This document shows positions 1-12,900 of a stretch of DNA of 64,000 bases, piece by piece (the stretch's first letter is position 1; the number at the start of each line of letters is the position of its first letter). The translations under genes were made by a program, and so were the position numbers. Under the pieces are notes generated by a model. It did not search any database, was not told where the DNA came from, and worked only from the letters and a program-made list of their open reading frames with translations. Source of the DNA: Mobula hypostoma. Its lineage: Eukaryota. The stretch is taken from assembly GCF_963921235.1 (NCBI RefSeq), contig NC_086097.1:51896001-51960000 (forward strand), written 5' to 3'.

Positions 1-50
1 GCCGAGATGGCCTGTCTCTGTGCTGTAATTGTTATATGGTTATATGGTTA
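1..50 (+). mobile_element. 3' end and (GTTATATG)n tail of a CR1 LINE, cut by the window edge
   Basis: Nearly identical to the 3' end of the CR1 at 47277-47325 (gccgagatggcctgt.tctgtgctgtaattgttatatggttatatgg). Confidence 0.85.
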
Positions 51-504
51 AGTAAAATCAATTTCCTTCTGTAATTCTAACCATGGCTTTAACTAAATTA
101 CTGACTGCAGGAATCTTATAGCTTATTTCCTCCTTTAAGGAGCTTTTTCTGTAACCAGAACAAGAGCTTCTCCAAGTGAAATGAGAGCTTCAACATAAGC
201 TAAATTATCATCATATTTATATATCTTAAAAAAAGACGGCCGTCTTTTTTAAGATTTATAAATAAGATGATAAACCACAAGTATTAAGTTGACTAAGTGA
301 GACCAAAGATGTTTGTCTTATTGTTGCTTTAAAATACACTATTAAATTTTCATTTGAGAATGGTAGCAATTTTGACATTATTAAAATGAACATTCAAGGA
401 ATATTTAATACTAGATGTAATGTTATGTTTTTCCTAATTATGTAAATTATATTCTATTCCAGTGCAAAGTATCTTTGATAGTCTTTATATTTCATTAACA
501 TCGT

Positions 505-1838
505 TCACTACCCATGGCGCGGCTTACAAAGAGAAGGTGAAAGTGCTCAATGCCTGATGCCAGTCAAATAATCTCTTCCTCAATGTCAAACAGACAAGGG
601 AGATAGTTACCGACTTCAGGACAACTGACAGCACTCACAGACCCCTCTACGTCAGCAGCACAGCAGGGGAAACTGCAAACAGTTTCAAACTCCTGGGAGT
701 GCACATCTTACACTAGCTCTCATGGCTGCAGAACACATCCTACATAATCAGGAAAGCTCACCAACACCCCTACATTCAGAGGAGGTTTCAGAGAGCTGGA
801 CTATGCACATTAATACTCATGACCTTCTACAGATATGCAGTAGAAAGCATCCTAACATGCTGCATCGCTGCATGGTATGGAACCTGCACTACAGTGGACA
901 GGAAGGCTCTACAACAGGTAGTCAAAACGTCCCAATGCATCATCAGAACCAGCCTACCCTGCATCAAGGACATATATACAGAAAGGTGCTGGGAAAAGGC
1001 CAGCAAAACCGTAAAGGATCTGACCCACCCTCCTCATGGACTGTTTGTCCCACTCCCATCAGGGGTGAGGCTACGTAACAGGACCACCAGACTCAAAAAC
1101 TGTTACTTTCCCCAAGCAGTAAGGCTGATCAACACCTCCACCCACTAACCCACCCCACCACCACAGCTTTATCATTTCCTGTCAGAGTCACTTTATGTAT
1201 AGACACTCCTGTACCTAGCATCGCCTTGTATACATACAATAAATCTATGTATATAAGCTATCTTATATATTTATATTTATTGTTTTTTATTATTTGGTTC
1301 TTTATCTTATTATGTTTTTGGTGCTGCATCATATATGGAGTAACAATTATTGCTTTCTCCTTTACACCTGTGTACTGGAAATGACCCTCCACCTTGTTGT
1401 GGGGTTTGGAGGCTTATGTGCTTCAATGACCTGGAGAGCTATGCTGGCTGGAATCAGAACTTTATGCTTCAACTCTTGGTAGGGTCACCCATGCCATACA
1501 GGTCAAAGGATAGAGGCCAAACTAAGTGTCCTCTGGTCCTCCAGGTTTGGGGGTTCAGATCAGGGCTAACGACGCTGTCTGGTAAAACAAAACTGTTACG
1601 GAAACAGCAATGAAGAATATTTCTATATCTGTGTGTGACGGTATTCCTGAGTCTCCAGTCGGGACTTGCACGGCTGACAGTAGTGGAAACCAAGAGGAAG
1701 CTACTGACGTGATGAAGGAAGGCCTGAACATCGCCAGAGATGGACGACCTTCCTGTCTAATATCATTTCCAGTACTTACTGCCCATTATGCCAGGCAGTA
1801 AATATCGGAAATAAGATTATACAATCTTGAATCTTGAA
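505..1838 (+). mobile_element. Rex1/Babar-type LINE 3' fragment (degenerate RT C-terminus), interrupted at ~1386-1802
   Basis: ORF 819-1148 TFYRYAVESILTCCIAAWYG...DLTHPPHGLFVPLPSG...RLKNCYFPQAVRLIN resembles the RT C-terminus at 13536-14340; (aatcttg)n tail at ~1823-1838. Confidence 0.8.
1386..1802 (+). mobile_element. RTE-clade 5'UTR-derived non-autonomous retroelement
   Basis: ccaccttgttgtgg...gagagctatgctgg...ggtcctccaggtttggggg...gggctaac resembles RTE/Expander 5' ends (recalled); splits the Rex1-like 3'UTR; degenerate flanking duplication tactggaaatgac / tatcggaaataag. Confidence 0.6.
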
Positions 1839-3989
1839 TTTACTAGTTCAGCTTTTTCATTGTGCTTCCTCAAGTAATGTTAAGAAGCCACGGTATATTA
1901 TAATTGCAATTTAGCAGTGAAGTAAACCCAAATTCTGTGACTTAACTGTCAACAGCGATATCTGCTTTGACTTTCGTACTGTAAGCTGTAAATCAATCTC
2001 CTTCTGTTGTCAATTCATTGAGCCACTTAGTATAACAAAGCTCTCTGATCTACACCATTTTCTTTGAATTGTGCTCTCCATTCTCAATCTATATACATTG
2101 AAATATCTTTCAGCTAAATGGGTAAGAGTTCTAAGGAACTAACACTGATGTACTAACCACCTGGTCTGCACTGCTCAGTGATTCTATTTCAATATGGTCA
2201 GGATGGAATCAACCTTCACGGCTTTATTGTCATCTTGACTTCATCAAGTTCCTGAGCCACTCTTCAACCCTCTGCAGATGTGCCAACTAGAGCAAGGCAA
2301 TCTTGCTATAACCTTGCATCCTTAATCTGATTTCCCTCTCCACATTGGGCTCATTGCTGTCAAAGCACTGGTAGTAGAAGGCCCAGGAGAATTTAACACA
2401 TGCAGTTCATCTACATCAATCAGTTCTGCCCAATCTCCTGTTCAATCTCAAATTGACTAGGCAGAATAATAGTTTGGCATGGGCTAGATGGGCCGAAAGG
2501 CATGTTTCCGTACTGTACGGCTTTATGACTCTGTCTTTGGACTCCCTAATTCTCTCCTATTTTGAATCTATAATCTTCAACAGTACAGTGATCTCAGAAT
2601 CTCATCCTTGCTGAGCACAGTCCTCTCCAAGCAGCACCTGAGTTTGCCTGTTTCTTTATGTGCCAAAGCTCATGAAAATGGAAATATGAATTAATGGTGG
2701 AGTTGAAATAAACAGTTATTGTTTATGGTGTCGTCTGACTGCAGTTCACTGTTCCATGGCCAAGAATTATTCAGCCCTCGCAACACATTCTTTGTGTTTG
2801 GTGACCTTGGTTCTACTGTGATCAAACAAAGCTTGAGATAAGTTCAACATATTTCTGGTCTGATATACCTAATTAAATACAATATGAAGACAGATTTAAG
2901 TTTCTTTCTGCATTTTTATCAGGAGATTAAATACCAAAGGAAATGATTAAAACATGAGCCTCTGGCATTACTTCTGTCAGGTAGATACATAAAAATTGTG
3001 CAGTTTAACCTTTGCAACTTGCTTATTCACAGACAGGCAGGTTACGATATTGCCTTTATCTCAATTGGTTAGTTAAGAAAATGACAGAAAGCCACATGTC
3101 TTGCGTTTGACAGCTTTATGATGATCATTTTGCCGATGGTATAAAGTAATTCAGGCAGTAAACCAAATGAATCCTTTGTTCTTTAAGTCTTTGTAAACCG
3201 CAAAGCTCTAAAGAATTCTTGGTCCTCAAAGAATTAAATAGCTTCAAAGTTGTAGATTAACAATGATTGGCATCATGAATGTTTGCTAAGAAAGGGTAGC
3301 AATTGACTGTATTAAGTATGTAAGTACCTCTGTTAGATATTAAATTTATTTCAGATTCTTCCAGGCCATGTAATTGGCACTGATGCATATCAAATTTCAT
3401 CAAGACCACAACATCAAAAGAGGCTATTATGCACAATTGTTTATTTTCCACAAGATCTTTCTCTCACCAAATATTCTTTCAGTACCTCCTACAGTTTTCT
3501 AGCTTGAATCTTTATTAAATTTCCTTTTAAATGTATCTGAACTATATGCCTCAGTTAGCACTACATTGCACATCCTAAATTCAATATCAATGTTAATTAT
3601 TGGATTTATGATTTCTATTTATGGAATCCCCACAAGTAGAAGCATTTTCTCCATATTTATTCTATCAAGCCCTTAAAGACCTCTAACAAGCCACTAGAGA
3701 AAAGAGCCTGAATCTGTTCCAGTTTCGCTTTATACCTTCTTGGCACTAATACCAGGCTTATGAATTATTTTATACCTTCTCCAATATACCTTTATGATAT
3801 GAGGAACAAAGCTGTGCAAAATTATCCAAGTGTGGTCCAACCAAGATCCAACACATGTCAAACATTACAACTTAGGGACTCTCTGCATTATGAATTGTAT
3901 TTGCAAGTGTGATCAGATTTGATTTCATTGGATTTGATTTACTGTCTTGATTTAAAATTGTGATGGGAACAGGTGGGAAGCTATTCTGA

Positions 3990-4295
3990 GCAACACCCCC
4001 ACTGTGAACAACCCCACTGTGAATGTAAGCTGAGTGTGTGCACTGATCTGCAGTGCAATGAGTTTGCACTGTCTCTGGCTGGACAAGCAGTCAGTGTGAA
4101 ATGCCCGGGGCTGTGCATGCACTATTAACAGGAACTCAGCAGGCCAGGCAGCATCTATGGAAAAGGGTACAGTTGCCACCTTGGCCTGAAATGATGACTG
4201 TACTCTTTTCCATTGATGCTGTCTGGCCTGCTGAGTTCCTCCAGCATTTTGTGTGTGTTGCTTGGATTTCCATCATCTGCAGATTTTCTGTTGTT
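3990..4295. mobile_element. Penelope-like pLTR-derived inverted-repeat element with 16-bp TSD
   Basis: Inverted arms ggaactcagcaggccaggcagcatctatggaaaag... / ...cttttccattgatgctgtctggcctgctgagttcc; exact direct repeat tgggaagctattctga at 3974-3989 and 4296-4311. Confidence 0.7.
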
Positions 4296-4536
4296 TGGGA
4301 AGCTATTCTGACCCAGTCAACAGGAAACCAAAGTTATTTTCACCAGATAACAAGAGTTTGATAACTAAAGCTGGCTGTCGGAAGTCTACTTGGGATTAAC
4401 TGAAGGAGACATTGCAAATTATTATTCATTTTGATGCATACTGACTTCATCTTATTCAACATGATCCCTGTTGTATATCATTGATATTAGAAATTCAACA
4501 GAACAGGAAACCTTTTATTTGTTTTCAGATTACACA

Positions 4537-5757
4537 TTTTGAGGATGTGACTAAACACATTGATGAAGGAAGAGCAGTAGGTGTAGTGTATATGGATTTC
4601 AGCAAGGCATTTGATAAGGTACCCCATGCAAGGCTTATTCAGAAAGTAAGGAGGCATGGGATCCAAAGGGACATTGCTTTGTGGATCCAGAACTGGCTTG
4701 CCCACAGAAGGCAAAGAGTGGTTGTAGACCGGTCATATTCTGCATGGAGGTCAGTGACCAGTGGTGTGCCTCAGGGATCTGTTCTGGGACCCTTACTCTT
4801 CGTGATTTTTATAAATGACCTGGATGAGGAAGTGGAGGGATGGGTTAGTAATTTTGCTGATGACACAAAGGTTGGGGGTATTGTGGATGGTGTGGAGGGA
4901 TGTTATAGTTTACAGTGGGACATTGATAGGATGCAAAACTGAGCTGAGAAGTGGCAGATGGAGCTCAACCCAGATAAGTGTGAGGTGGTTCATTTTGGTA
5001 GGTGAAATATGATGGCAGAATATAGTATTCATGGTAAGACTCTTGGCATTGTGGAGAATCAGAGGGATCTTGGGGTCTGAGTCCATAGGATGCTCAAGGC
5101 AGCTGCGCAGGTTGACTCTGTGGTTAAGAAGGCATATGGTGTATTGGCCTTCATGAATCGTGGAACTGAATTTAGGAGCCAAGAGGTAATGTTGCAGCTA
5201 TATAGGATCCTGGTCAGACACCACTTGGAGTATTGTGCTCAGTTCTGGTTGCCTCACTACAGGAAGGATGTGGAAACCATAGAAAGGGTGCAGATGAGAC
5301 TTACAAGGATGTTGCCTGGATTGGGGAGCATGCCTTATGAGAACAGGTTGAGTGACCTCGGCCTTTTCTCCTTGGAGCGACGCAAGATGAGAGGTGACCT
5401 GATAGATGTGTATAAGATGATGAGAGGCATTGATCGTGTGGATAGTCAGAGGCTTTTTCCCTGGGCTGAAATGGCTGCCACAAGAGGGCACAGGTTTAAG
5501 GTGCTGGGGAGTAGGTACAGAGGAGATGTCAGGGGTAAGTTTTTTACGCAGAGCGGTGAGTGCGTGAAATGGGCTGCTGGCAACGGTGGTGGAGGCAGAT
5601 ATGATAGGGTCTTTTAAGAGACTTTTGGGTAGGTACATAGAACTTAAAAAATATGAGGGCTATGGGTAACCCTAGTAATTTCTAAGGTAGGTACATGTTC
5701 GGCACAACTTTGTGGGCCAAAGGGCCTGTATTGTGTTGTAGGTTTTCTATGTTTCTA
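4537..5757 (+). mobile_element. 5'-truncated CR1 LINE (RT domain, premature stops)
   Basis: YMDFSKAFDKVPH, SGVPQGSVLGP and FADD motifs; LERRKMRGDLI C-terminus; ttctatgtttcta tail. Confidence 0.95.
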
Positions 5758-6384
5758 TTAGTTCACTTTATTATTGGTAAGGCATGTTTAGGCTTGAAGT
5801 TGGTTGCTGTTCTTGACCTTCAATTGCTTCATCGCAATGATTCTGGTTAAGGTGATAAATTAGGCCCAAGTAACCTCATTAGATATTCCATTTAAAAGAA
5901 GGACCCCACTATCATCTGGTGGTTAGATCTGCTCAGAGAAGATTAAGTTTACAACCCATGAGAGAGCACTTGATCTGTGCTAATAAGTGCCATAGGTAAT
6001 TTTAATTGCTTGCTGTCAGATAGGCAGTGTTAAAACAAGCTCTTTTATTTCTAAAATGTTTGTGTTAAAGAAAATGACAACTTACTTGTTGACAAGCTTT
6101 GAAAGGATCTACCACACGCAAGGTTTTCCAAGGAATCATAGTATAAATGTCCTGATGTGAAAGCCACACTGGAGTTTGATAATTCCACACTTCTGCAGCA
6201 GGTTTGACTGAAGAAGACCTGACAATGTTTAGATGTCACTGTCCCTGGTCTCAGAACAAATTAACGTTTGATCACCAATCCCACGAATAGCCCTGGACCA
6301 ACTGTATATTCATATGCAATTTTGTTATGTTGTGGCACCTTGGGGGAAGTAGAATGCAGTGTTGTTATACTAACATCTTCAAAA

Positions 6385-6680
6385 GCCAGTTCTTCAAGAA
6401 AATGGCATCTATCATTTTGGACCCTCAACAGCCAGGACATGGCTGCTTCTTAATGGCAACATTAGAGAGGAGGTACAGGAGATTGAATTACCACATTCAA
6501 CATTTTAGTAACAACTGCCTTCCCTCTTTCTTCAGATTTCTGAAGTCTACGAAGACTTCCTCCTTTTTCTTCTTTTGTACTATTTATTTATTATAATTTT
6601 TATGTCTTTCTCTGTACTGTTACAGCAAAATGACTAATTACACAACACATCATTGATAATAAACCAGATTCTGATTCTGA
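6385..6680 (+). mobile_element. Degraded Rex1-type LINE 3' end
   Basis: ASIILDPQQPGH...RRYRRL motif; aataaa followed by (gattct)n tail. Confidence 0.6.
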
Positions 6681-7031
6681 TTTTGGATTGTGGTGGGCAG
6701 AAGGTTAGTCCATATTCCCATGTGTTGATAAAGATATTGAATGTCTTACATCTACCTGTGATGGCCCTTGTAAATGCTCAGTTCTTTTATGTGACCTTTT
6801 CACTTTACTTTTAGTACTTCTGTCATAAGGATCCATTTTGAAACTGTATCATATAAGAGTTTACAAATAATCATCATGCAGGAGACGACAAAGTATTAAA
6901 TAATTTATGACAATAGCATTTTTTAATTGAGTAAATAACCTGCATGCTCATTTTTCTGAAAGCTAATGAGATTATTCATCCTTTATGGTAATATTTGACC
7001 TTCCTTTATGGTACATGCTGGCAAGTAATCG

Positions 7032-7492
7032 CTCCCCCTCTCTCCCCTTTCTCTCTCCCCCCCTTTCTCTCCCCCCCTTTCTCTCCCCCCTTTCTCTCCC
7101 CCCTTTCTCTCCCCTTTCTCCCCCCTTTCTCCCCCCCTTTCTCCCCCCCTTTCTCCCCCCTTCTCTCCCCCCTTCTCTCCCCCCTTCTCTCCCCCCTTTT
7201 CTCCCCTTCCTCTTCCTCTCCCCCTCCCCTTCTCTCTCTTCCCCTTCTCTCTCTCTCCCTACCCACCTCTCTCTCCCTCTCCCACCTCTCTCTCCCTCCC
7301 CCACCTCTCTCTCCCTCCCCCACCTCTCCCTCCCCCACCTCTCTCTCCCCCCACCTCTCTCTCCCCCCACCTCTCTCTCTCCCCCCACCTCTCTCTCTCC
7401 CCATCTCTCTCTCTCCCCATCTCTCTCTCCCCCATCTCTCTCTCTCCCCTCCTACCTCTCTCTCTCTCCCCCCTCCCCCCTTCTTCCTCCCC
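7032..7492. repeat. ~460-bp polypyrimidine (CT-rich) low-complexity tandem tract
   Basis: Almost purely C/T, built from ctccccccctttct and ccccacctctctct variants; explains the spurious Pro/Ser/Leu and Gly/Glu/Arg ORFs. Confidence 0.95.
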
Positions 7493-9284
7493 TGAAACCT
7501 GATTGTATAATGTAGCTAGTTAGATGCCAAAATCGACTCCTTGGAAGCCCTACGTTCTTTCTTGATGTGCGTGGTTCAGTATCAGTGAAGATACACTGAT
7601 AAGGATGTTGGTACCGAAGAGCTTGTGGTCATCTCTGTGGTGAGAAGATTCTGGATCAGTTCAGTAATTGCTTCAGTCATTTCAGGATGCCTGCTTTTAG
7701 TGACCAATGAATTCCCCAGTGGGGTGAGGTTGCAATCCAATTGATCTCCATTTCCAGATAAAGAACCAATGCATTTAAAACAAGGAAATGCGAAAATAAT
7801 GGTTTTGACTACTTTGGAAAACAAAATGGGAGAATTGTTAAAATGCCATGATAATTTGCTGAATAGTAATTTATTGCTGGCAAAGGCTAAATTGCAATTA
7901 CCTTTGTATTTTAAGTGCAGAGCAGCCCGTATTAATCAAAACGTGTTTTACAGAATTGCAACAAAATTTCACAAACTTTTGTACAGGCAGTAGTTCAGCA
8001 GTTTAAAAATATTGCTTGTGTATTATATATAAAGATCCATACCATAAATCATTAACTTATCCTTTCTACGGTATATGAATTTCTATTAATTATTATGACT
8101 TCACAATGATCTATAGTTTGCTAAAATTTTGGTTGTGTGGGGAGCAGCAAGACATAATACAAATCTGCCTGCAGTGAACTATCAAATTGTGTGAGACAAC
8201 TGCCAGTCTTGTGGGTGTATTCAGTAGTTAACTGCATTTGAAAGTCTTTGATGTCCTTGAAATGTTACATGCATGCTAAATTTGTAGATTATTGCTGAAT
8301 GCTCAGGTAAGTCTCCTAAAGAATTTTATATCTAAGCCAAAACAGAGTTTGGAAATCACCAAATATAACATTTAGTATTCTGTACACTCCAACGCATCAC
8401 AAAGAATTATCCCCTCCAAAATGAGCTGTAGTTGAATTGGCGATCGTTGCATCATTCGGTTCTGGAGAGGCAAGTCAGTGACTTGCAAGATTGTTCACCT
8501 CAAATTTCAATGTCCATATAATACTAGTGGAGGCCTAATTTTCTAGGGAAATTCTACCTGGGGAATCTAAATGGAGGGGAGGCTAATTGATCTACCAGTT
8601 AGTGTTTCCTCCAGCTTTACTTATCAGCCAATAAGAGTTTGGATGCCAGCTCTTGCCCCTCATTGGCTCAAGCAAATCAATTACTCATATCTTTTCAATT
8701 CAATTCAATTCAATTCACTTTATTTTCTGTGAGGAACTTTGTGCAGTGGTAAGGAAAACATCACAGAGCTTAAGATGCACAACACCACACTACATACAGT
8801 TAAACACAATATAAAATACTCACATTAGATAATAAATACTAAGATTTAATGCATGCGATTTAAAATACAAATACACATAATAAAAACACATCTTCCCTGT
8901 AATCCTCTGCTCATGGAATTCCCCACAATCTTGACAATTTCTCTCCAACAATTTTAACTCTTTTCATCTACAGTCCTGAGTCTGCAATCTCAGTTCACAC
9001 TCTATTTTCCTGTTTCTTCTCCTCCTCATGTCTCACATATCCCCTGTTCTCCACACTCCCTGTGGTCATACCTCTCCACAACCTCCCCACCCTGTGATGT
9101 TGCCTCACCCTCTCACCATCCTGTCATGGTCTTGATTCTTACACCCGCCCCACCCTATTCCATGATCCAGTCTTTACCCACCCCAACTCAAGGACATTTT
9201 TCTCTAAACACTCCTGTGGTTCCATCTGCCTTGTCCCACGCCACAATCCCACCTCCCTCCTCTGAGCAAATTTAGTTTTTTTGC

Positions 9285-9695
9285 TATAAGAAAGCAGCAA
9301 CCATCATCAAAGACCCACACTATCCAGCCCATGTCCTTCCCTCACTACTACCATAGGTATAGACGTCTTAGATCCCACACTAACAGGTTCAGGAACTGTT
9401 ATTACAATTCAACCATCAGACTCTGATGTGGTGTGAATAACTAATCACCACTGATTCTATAATCTAGAAACTCACGTTCAAGGACTCTTTACAACTCACA
9501 TTCTCAGTATTAATTATTTGCACAGTCTGTCATCTTTTCCAAATCGTTTGTCAGTCTTTGTGTTTGTGTATAGGGTTTTTGTAAATTTTATTGTTCTTCC
9601 TTTTTTTCCTGTAAATGCCTGCAAGAAAATGAATCTCAAGATACTATGGTAACAGATACGTACTTTGATAATACATTTACTTTAAACTTTAAACT
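9285..9695 (+). mobile_element. Degraded Rex1-type LINE 3' end
   Basis: aaagcagcaaccatcatcaaagacccacactatccag (KAATIIKDPHYP); shared 3'UTR ...gcaagaaaatgaatctcaag...tactttgataatacatttactttaaacttt. Confidence 0.65.
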
Positions 9696-9970
9696 TTTTA
9701 CACCCTCCAGTGTGGTCTTTCAACAATCCCATCTTTCAGCACCCTTCAGGAAGTGTGTTTCTTTGTGGCTCCTGCAATCCAGTCTCTCTTTTCCTCATCC
9801 TGCGATTGTTCCCTCTCGCTGTCCTCACCATATTCCCATCTTTACTCCTGCAGTAACCCATCACTCAACTCTGCAATCCAGTTACTTATTCCACCTGTTG
9901 TGATCCTGTCAATTCCCATTGCAGTTCCTTTCTTGAGCAACACACACAAAATGCTGGAGGAATTGAGCAT

Positions 9971-12900
9971 GAAATAAACAAGCTAATTAATTAGGTGCCG
10001 CCCGGCACGTAAATGTCGGCCCAGATCAGAGGCGACGCAATCGGCAATTGCTTCTGATCTGGGCAGACATTTACGTGCCAGGCGGCACCTAATTAATTAG
10101 CTTGTTTATTTCGGCTTTTTTCTTAAAGCCGTGCTGGGTGCCTCCTGGCTACCGCTGCATTCTCCATGAATTGGTATCTGTCCACGGCCCGGGGGTTGGG
10201 GTGGTGGGACACTGGGGTGTCATCTCATTGTTGATCAGGGCAGGCAGGTCATCTTCTTCTATGTCTGCCTGCCTCGATGTCGAAGGTCGAGGTTCGTCGT
10301 CTGCTGTGGCTGATGTGGAAGGCCTGAACAACGACAGTATGCTTGACTGCTAGCCTCGCGCATTTTTCTATCATATAGTTCTTTGTAAACCATCTTGCAA
10401 ATATGCCCGAAACTGATGTACCCTTTCAAAATTAAAGTCGTACTTTATCATTGCAGTGAAAATCTCAAGCAGTTGCTTCACATTCAGTTCCTGGACGACT
10501 TCACTTTCTACTGCATTCGGTTTTAGAAACATAGAAACATAGAAAATAGGTGCAGGAGTAGGCCATTCGGCCCTTTGAGCCTGCACCGCCATTCAGTATG
10601 ATCATGGCTTATCATCCAACTCAGAACCCTGTACCAGCCTTCCTTCCATACCCCTGATCCCTTTAGCCACAAGGGCCATATCTAACTCCCTCTTTAATAT
10701 AGCCAGTGAACTGGCCTCAACTGTTTCCTGTGGCAGAGAATTCCACAGACTCTGCACTCTCTGTGTGAAGAAGTTTTTCCTAATCTTGGTCCTGAAAGGC
10801 TTCCCCTTTATCCTCAAACTGTGACCCCTTGTTCTGGATTTCCCCAACATCGGGAACAATCTTCCTGCATCTAGCCTGTCCAATCCCTTTAGGATTTTAT
10901 ATGTTTCAATAAGATCCCCCTTCAATCTTCTAAATTCCAATGAGTATAAGCCTAGTCAATCCAGTCTTTCATCATATGAAAGTCCTGCCATCCCAGGAAT
11001 CAATCTGGTGAACCTTCTTTGTACTCCGTCTATGGCAAGGATGTCTTTCCTCAGATTAGGGGACCAAAACTGCACACAATACTCCAGGTATGGTCTCACC
11101 AAGGCCTTGTACAGCTGCAGTAGTACCTCCCTGCTCCTGTACTCGAATCCTCTTGCTATGAATACTAGCATACCATTCGCCTTTTTCACCGCCTGCTGTA
11201 CCTGCATGCCCACTTTCAATGACTGGTGTATAATGACTCCCAGGTCTCGTTGCACCTCTCCTTTTCCTAATCGGCCACCATTCAGATAATAATCTGTTTT
11301 CCTGTTTTTGCCACCAAAGTGGATAACCTCACATTTATCCACAATAAATTGCATCTGCCATGAATTTGCCCACTCACCTAACCTATCCAAGTCACCCTGC
11401 ATCCTCTTAGCCTCCTCCTCACAGCTAACACTGTCGCCCAGCTTCGTGTCATCCGCAAACTTGGAGATGCTGCATTTAATTCCCTCATCTAAGTCATTAA
11501 TGTATATTGTAATCAACTGGGGTCCCAGCACTGAGCCTTGCGGTACCCCACTAGTCACTGCCTGCCGTTCTGAAAAGGTCCCGTTTATTCCCACACTTTG
11601 CTTCCTGTCTGCCAACCAATTCTCTATACACATCAATACCTTACCCCCAATACCGTGTGCTTTAAGTTTGCACACTAATCTCCTGTGTGGGACCTTGTCA
11701 AAAGCCTTTTGAAAATCCAAATATACCACATCCACTGGTTCTCCCCTATCCACTCTACTAGTTACATCCTCAAAAAATTCTATGAGATTCATCAGACATG
11801 ATTTTCCTTTCATAAATCCATGCTGACCTTGTCCGATGATTTCACCACTTTCCAAATGTGCTGTTATCACATCTTTGATAACTGATTCTAGCATTTTCCC
11901 CACCACCGAAGTTAGGCTAACCGGTCTATAATTCCCCGATTTCTCTCTCCCTCCTTTTTTTAAAAGGTGGGGTTACATTAGCCACCCTCCAATCCTCAGG
12001 AACTCGTCCAGAATCTAAAGAGTTTTGAAAAATTATCACTAATGCATCCATTATTTCTTGGGCTACTTCCTTAAGCACTCTGGGATGCAGACCATCTGGC
12101 CCTGGGGATTTATCTGCCTTTATCCCTTCAATTTACCTAACACTACTTCCCTACTAACATGTATTTCCCCCAGTTCCTCCATCTCACTGGACCCTCTGTC
12201 CCCTACTATTTCCAGAAGATTATTTATGTCCTCCTTAGCGAAGACAGAACCAAAGTAGTTATTCAATTGGTCTGCCATGTCCTTGCTCCCCATAATCAAT
12301 TCACCTGTTTCTGTCTGTAGGGGACCTACATTTGCCTTAACCAATCTTTTTCTTTTCACAAATCTATAAAAGCTTTTACAGTCAGTTTTTATGTTCCCTG
12401 CCAGTTTTCTCTCATAATCTTTTTTCCCTTTCCTAATTAAGCCCTTTGTCCTCCTCTGCTGGACTCTGAATTTCTCCCAGTCCTCAGGTGAGCCACTTTT
12501 TTCTGGCTAATTTGTATGCTTCTTCTTTGGAATTGATACTATCCCTAATTTCCCTTGTCAGCCACGGGTGCACTACCTTCACTGATTTATTCTTTTGTCA
12601 AACTGATTGTTATCCTTTCCTCTTCCAATTGCATCAGCTCTTCATCTATTAGTTCTTGGTCATGGGGATGCCAAAACCTCTTCAACATTATCTTCGTCAA
12701 CTTCCACAAGCCAAACTCACGTTGTCCTTACTTCGTTCACCACGATTGAAACGCTTAATTGTGTCTAGTTTTATGCTAAGTGTAACACCCTTACGAGCTC
12801 TTTTCAGGTTTTCCGATACCTTAAACTCCTCTTGCTAACGGCTGCTCACAGGCACGTGTTTAAGCAATGCTGGCTAGAATGTCATTCTGAATCCGGGGGG

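Noticed and set aside
6972..7515. Four 130-176 aa ORFs rich in Pro/Ser/Leu or Gly/Glu/Arg
   Set aside because: Stop-free translations of the CT low-complexity tract
7500..7824. Minus-strand ORF (..DQLDCNLTPLGNSLVTKS..) as a host exon
   Set aside because: No recognisable homology, and the expected acceptor reads ttttaa rather than ttttag
8288..8312. Consensus donor CAG|GTAAGT after a 19-nt segment
   Set aside because: Weak acceptor and not a multiple of three; likely chance
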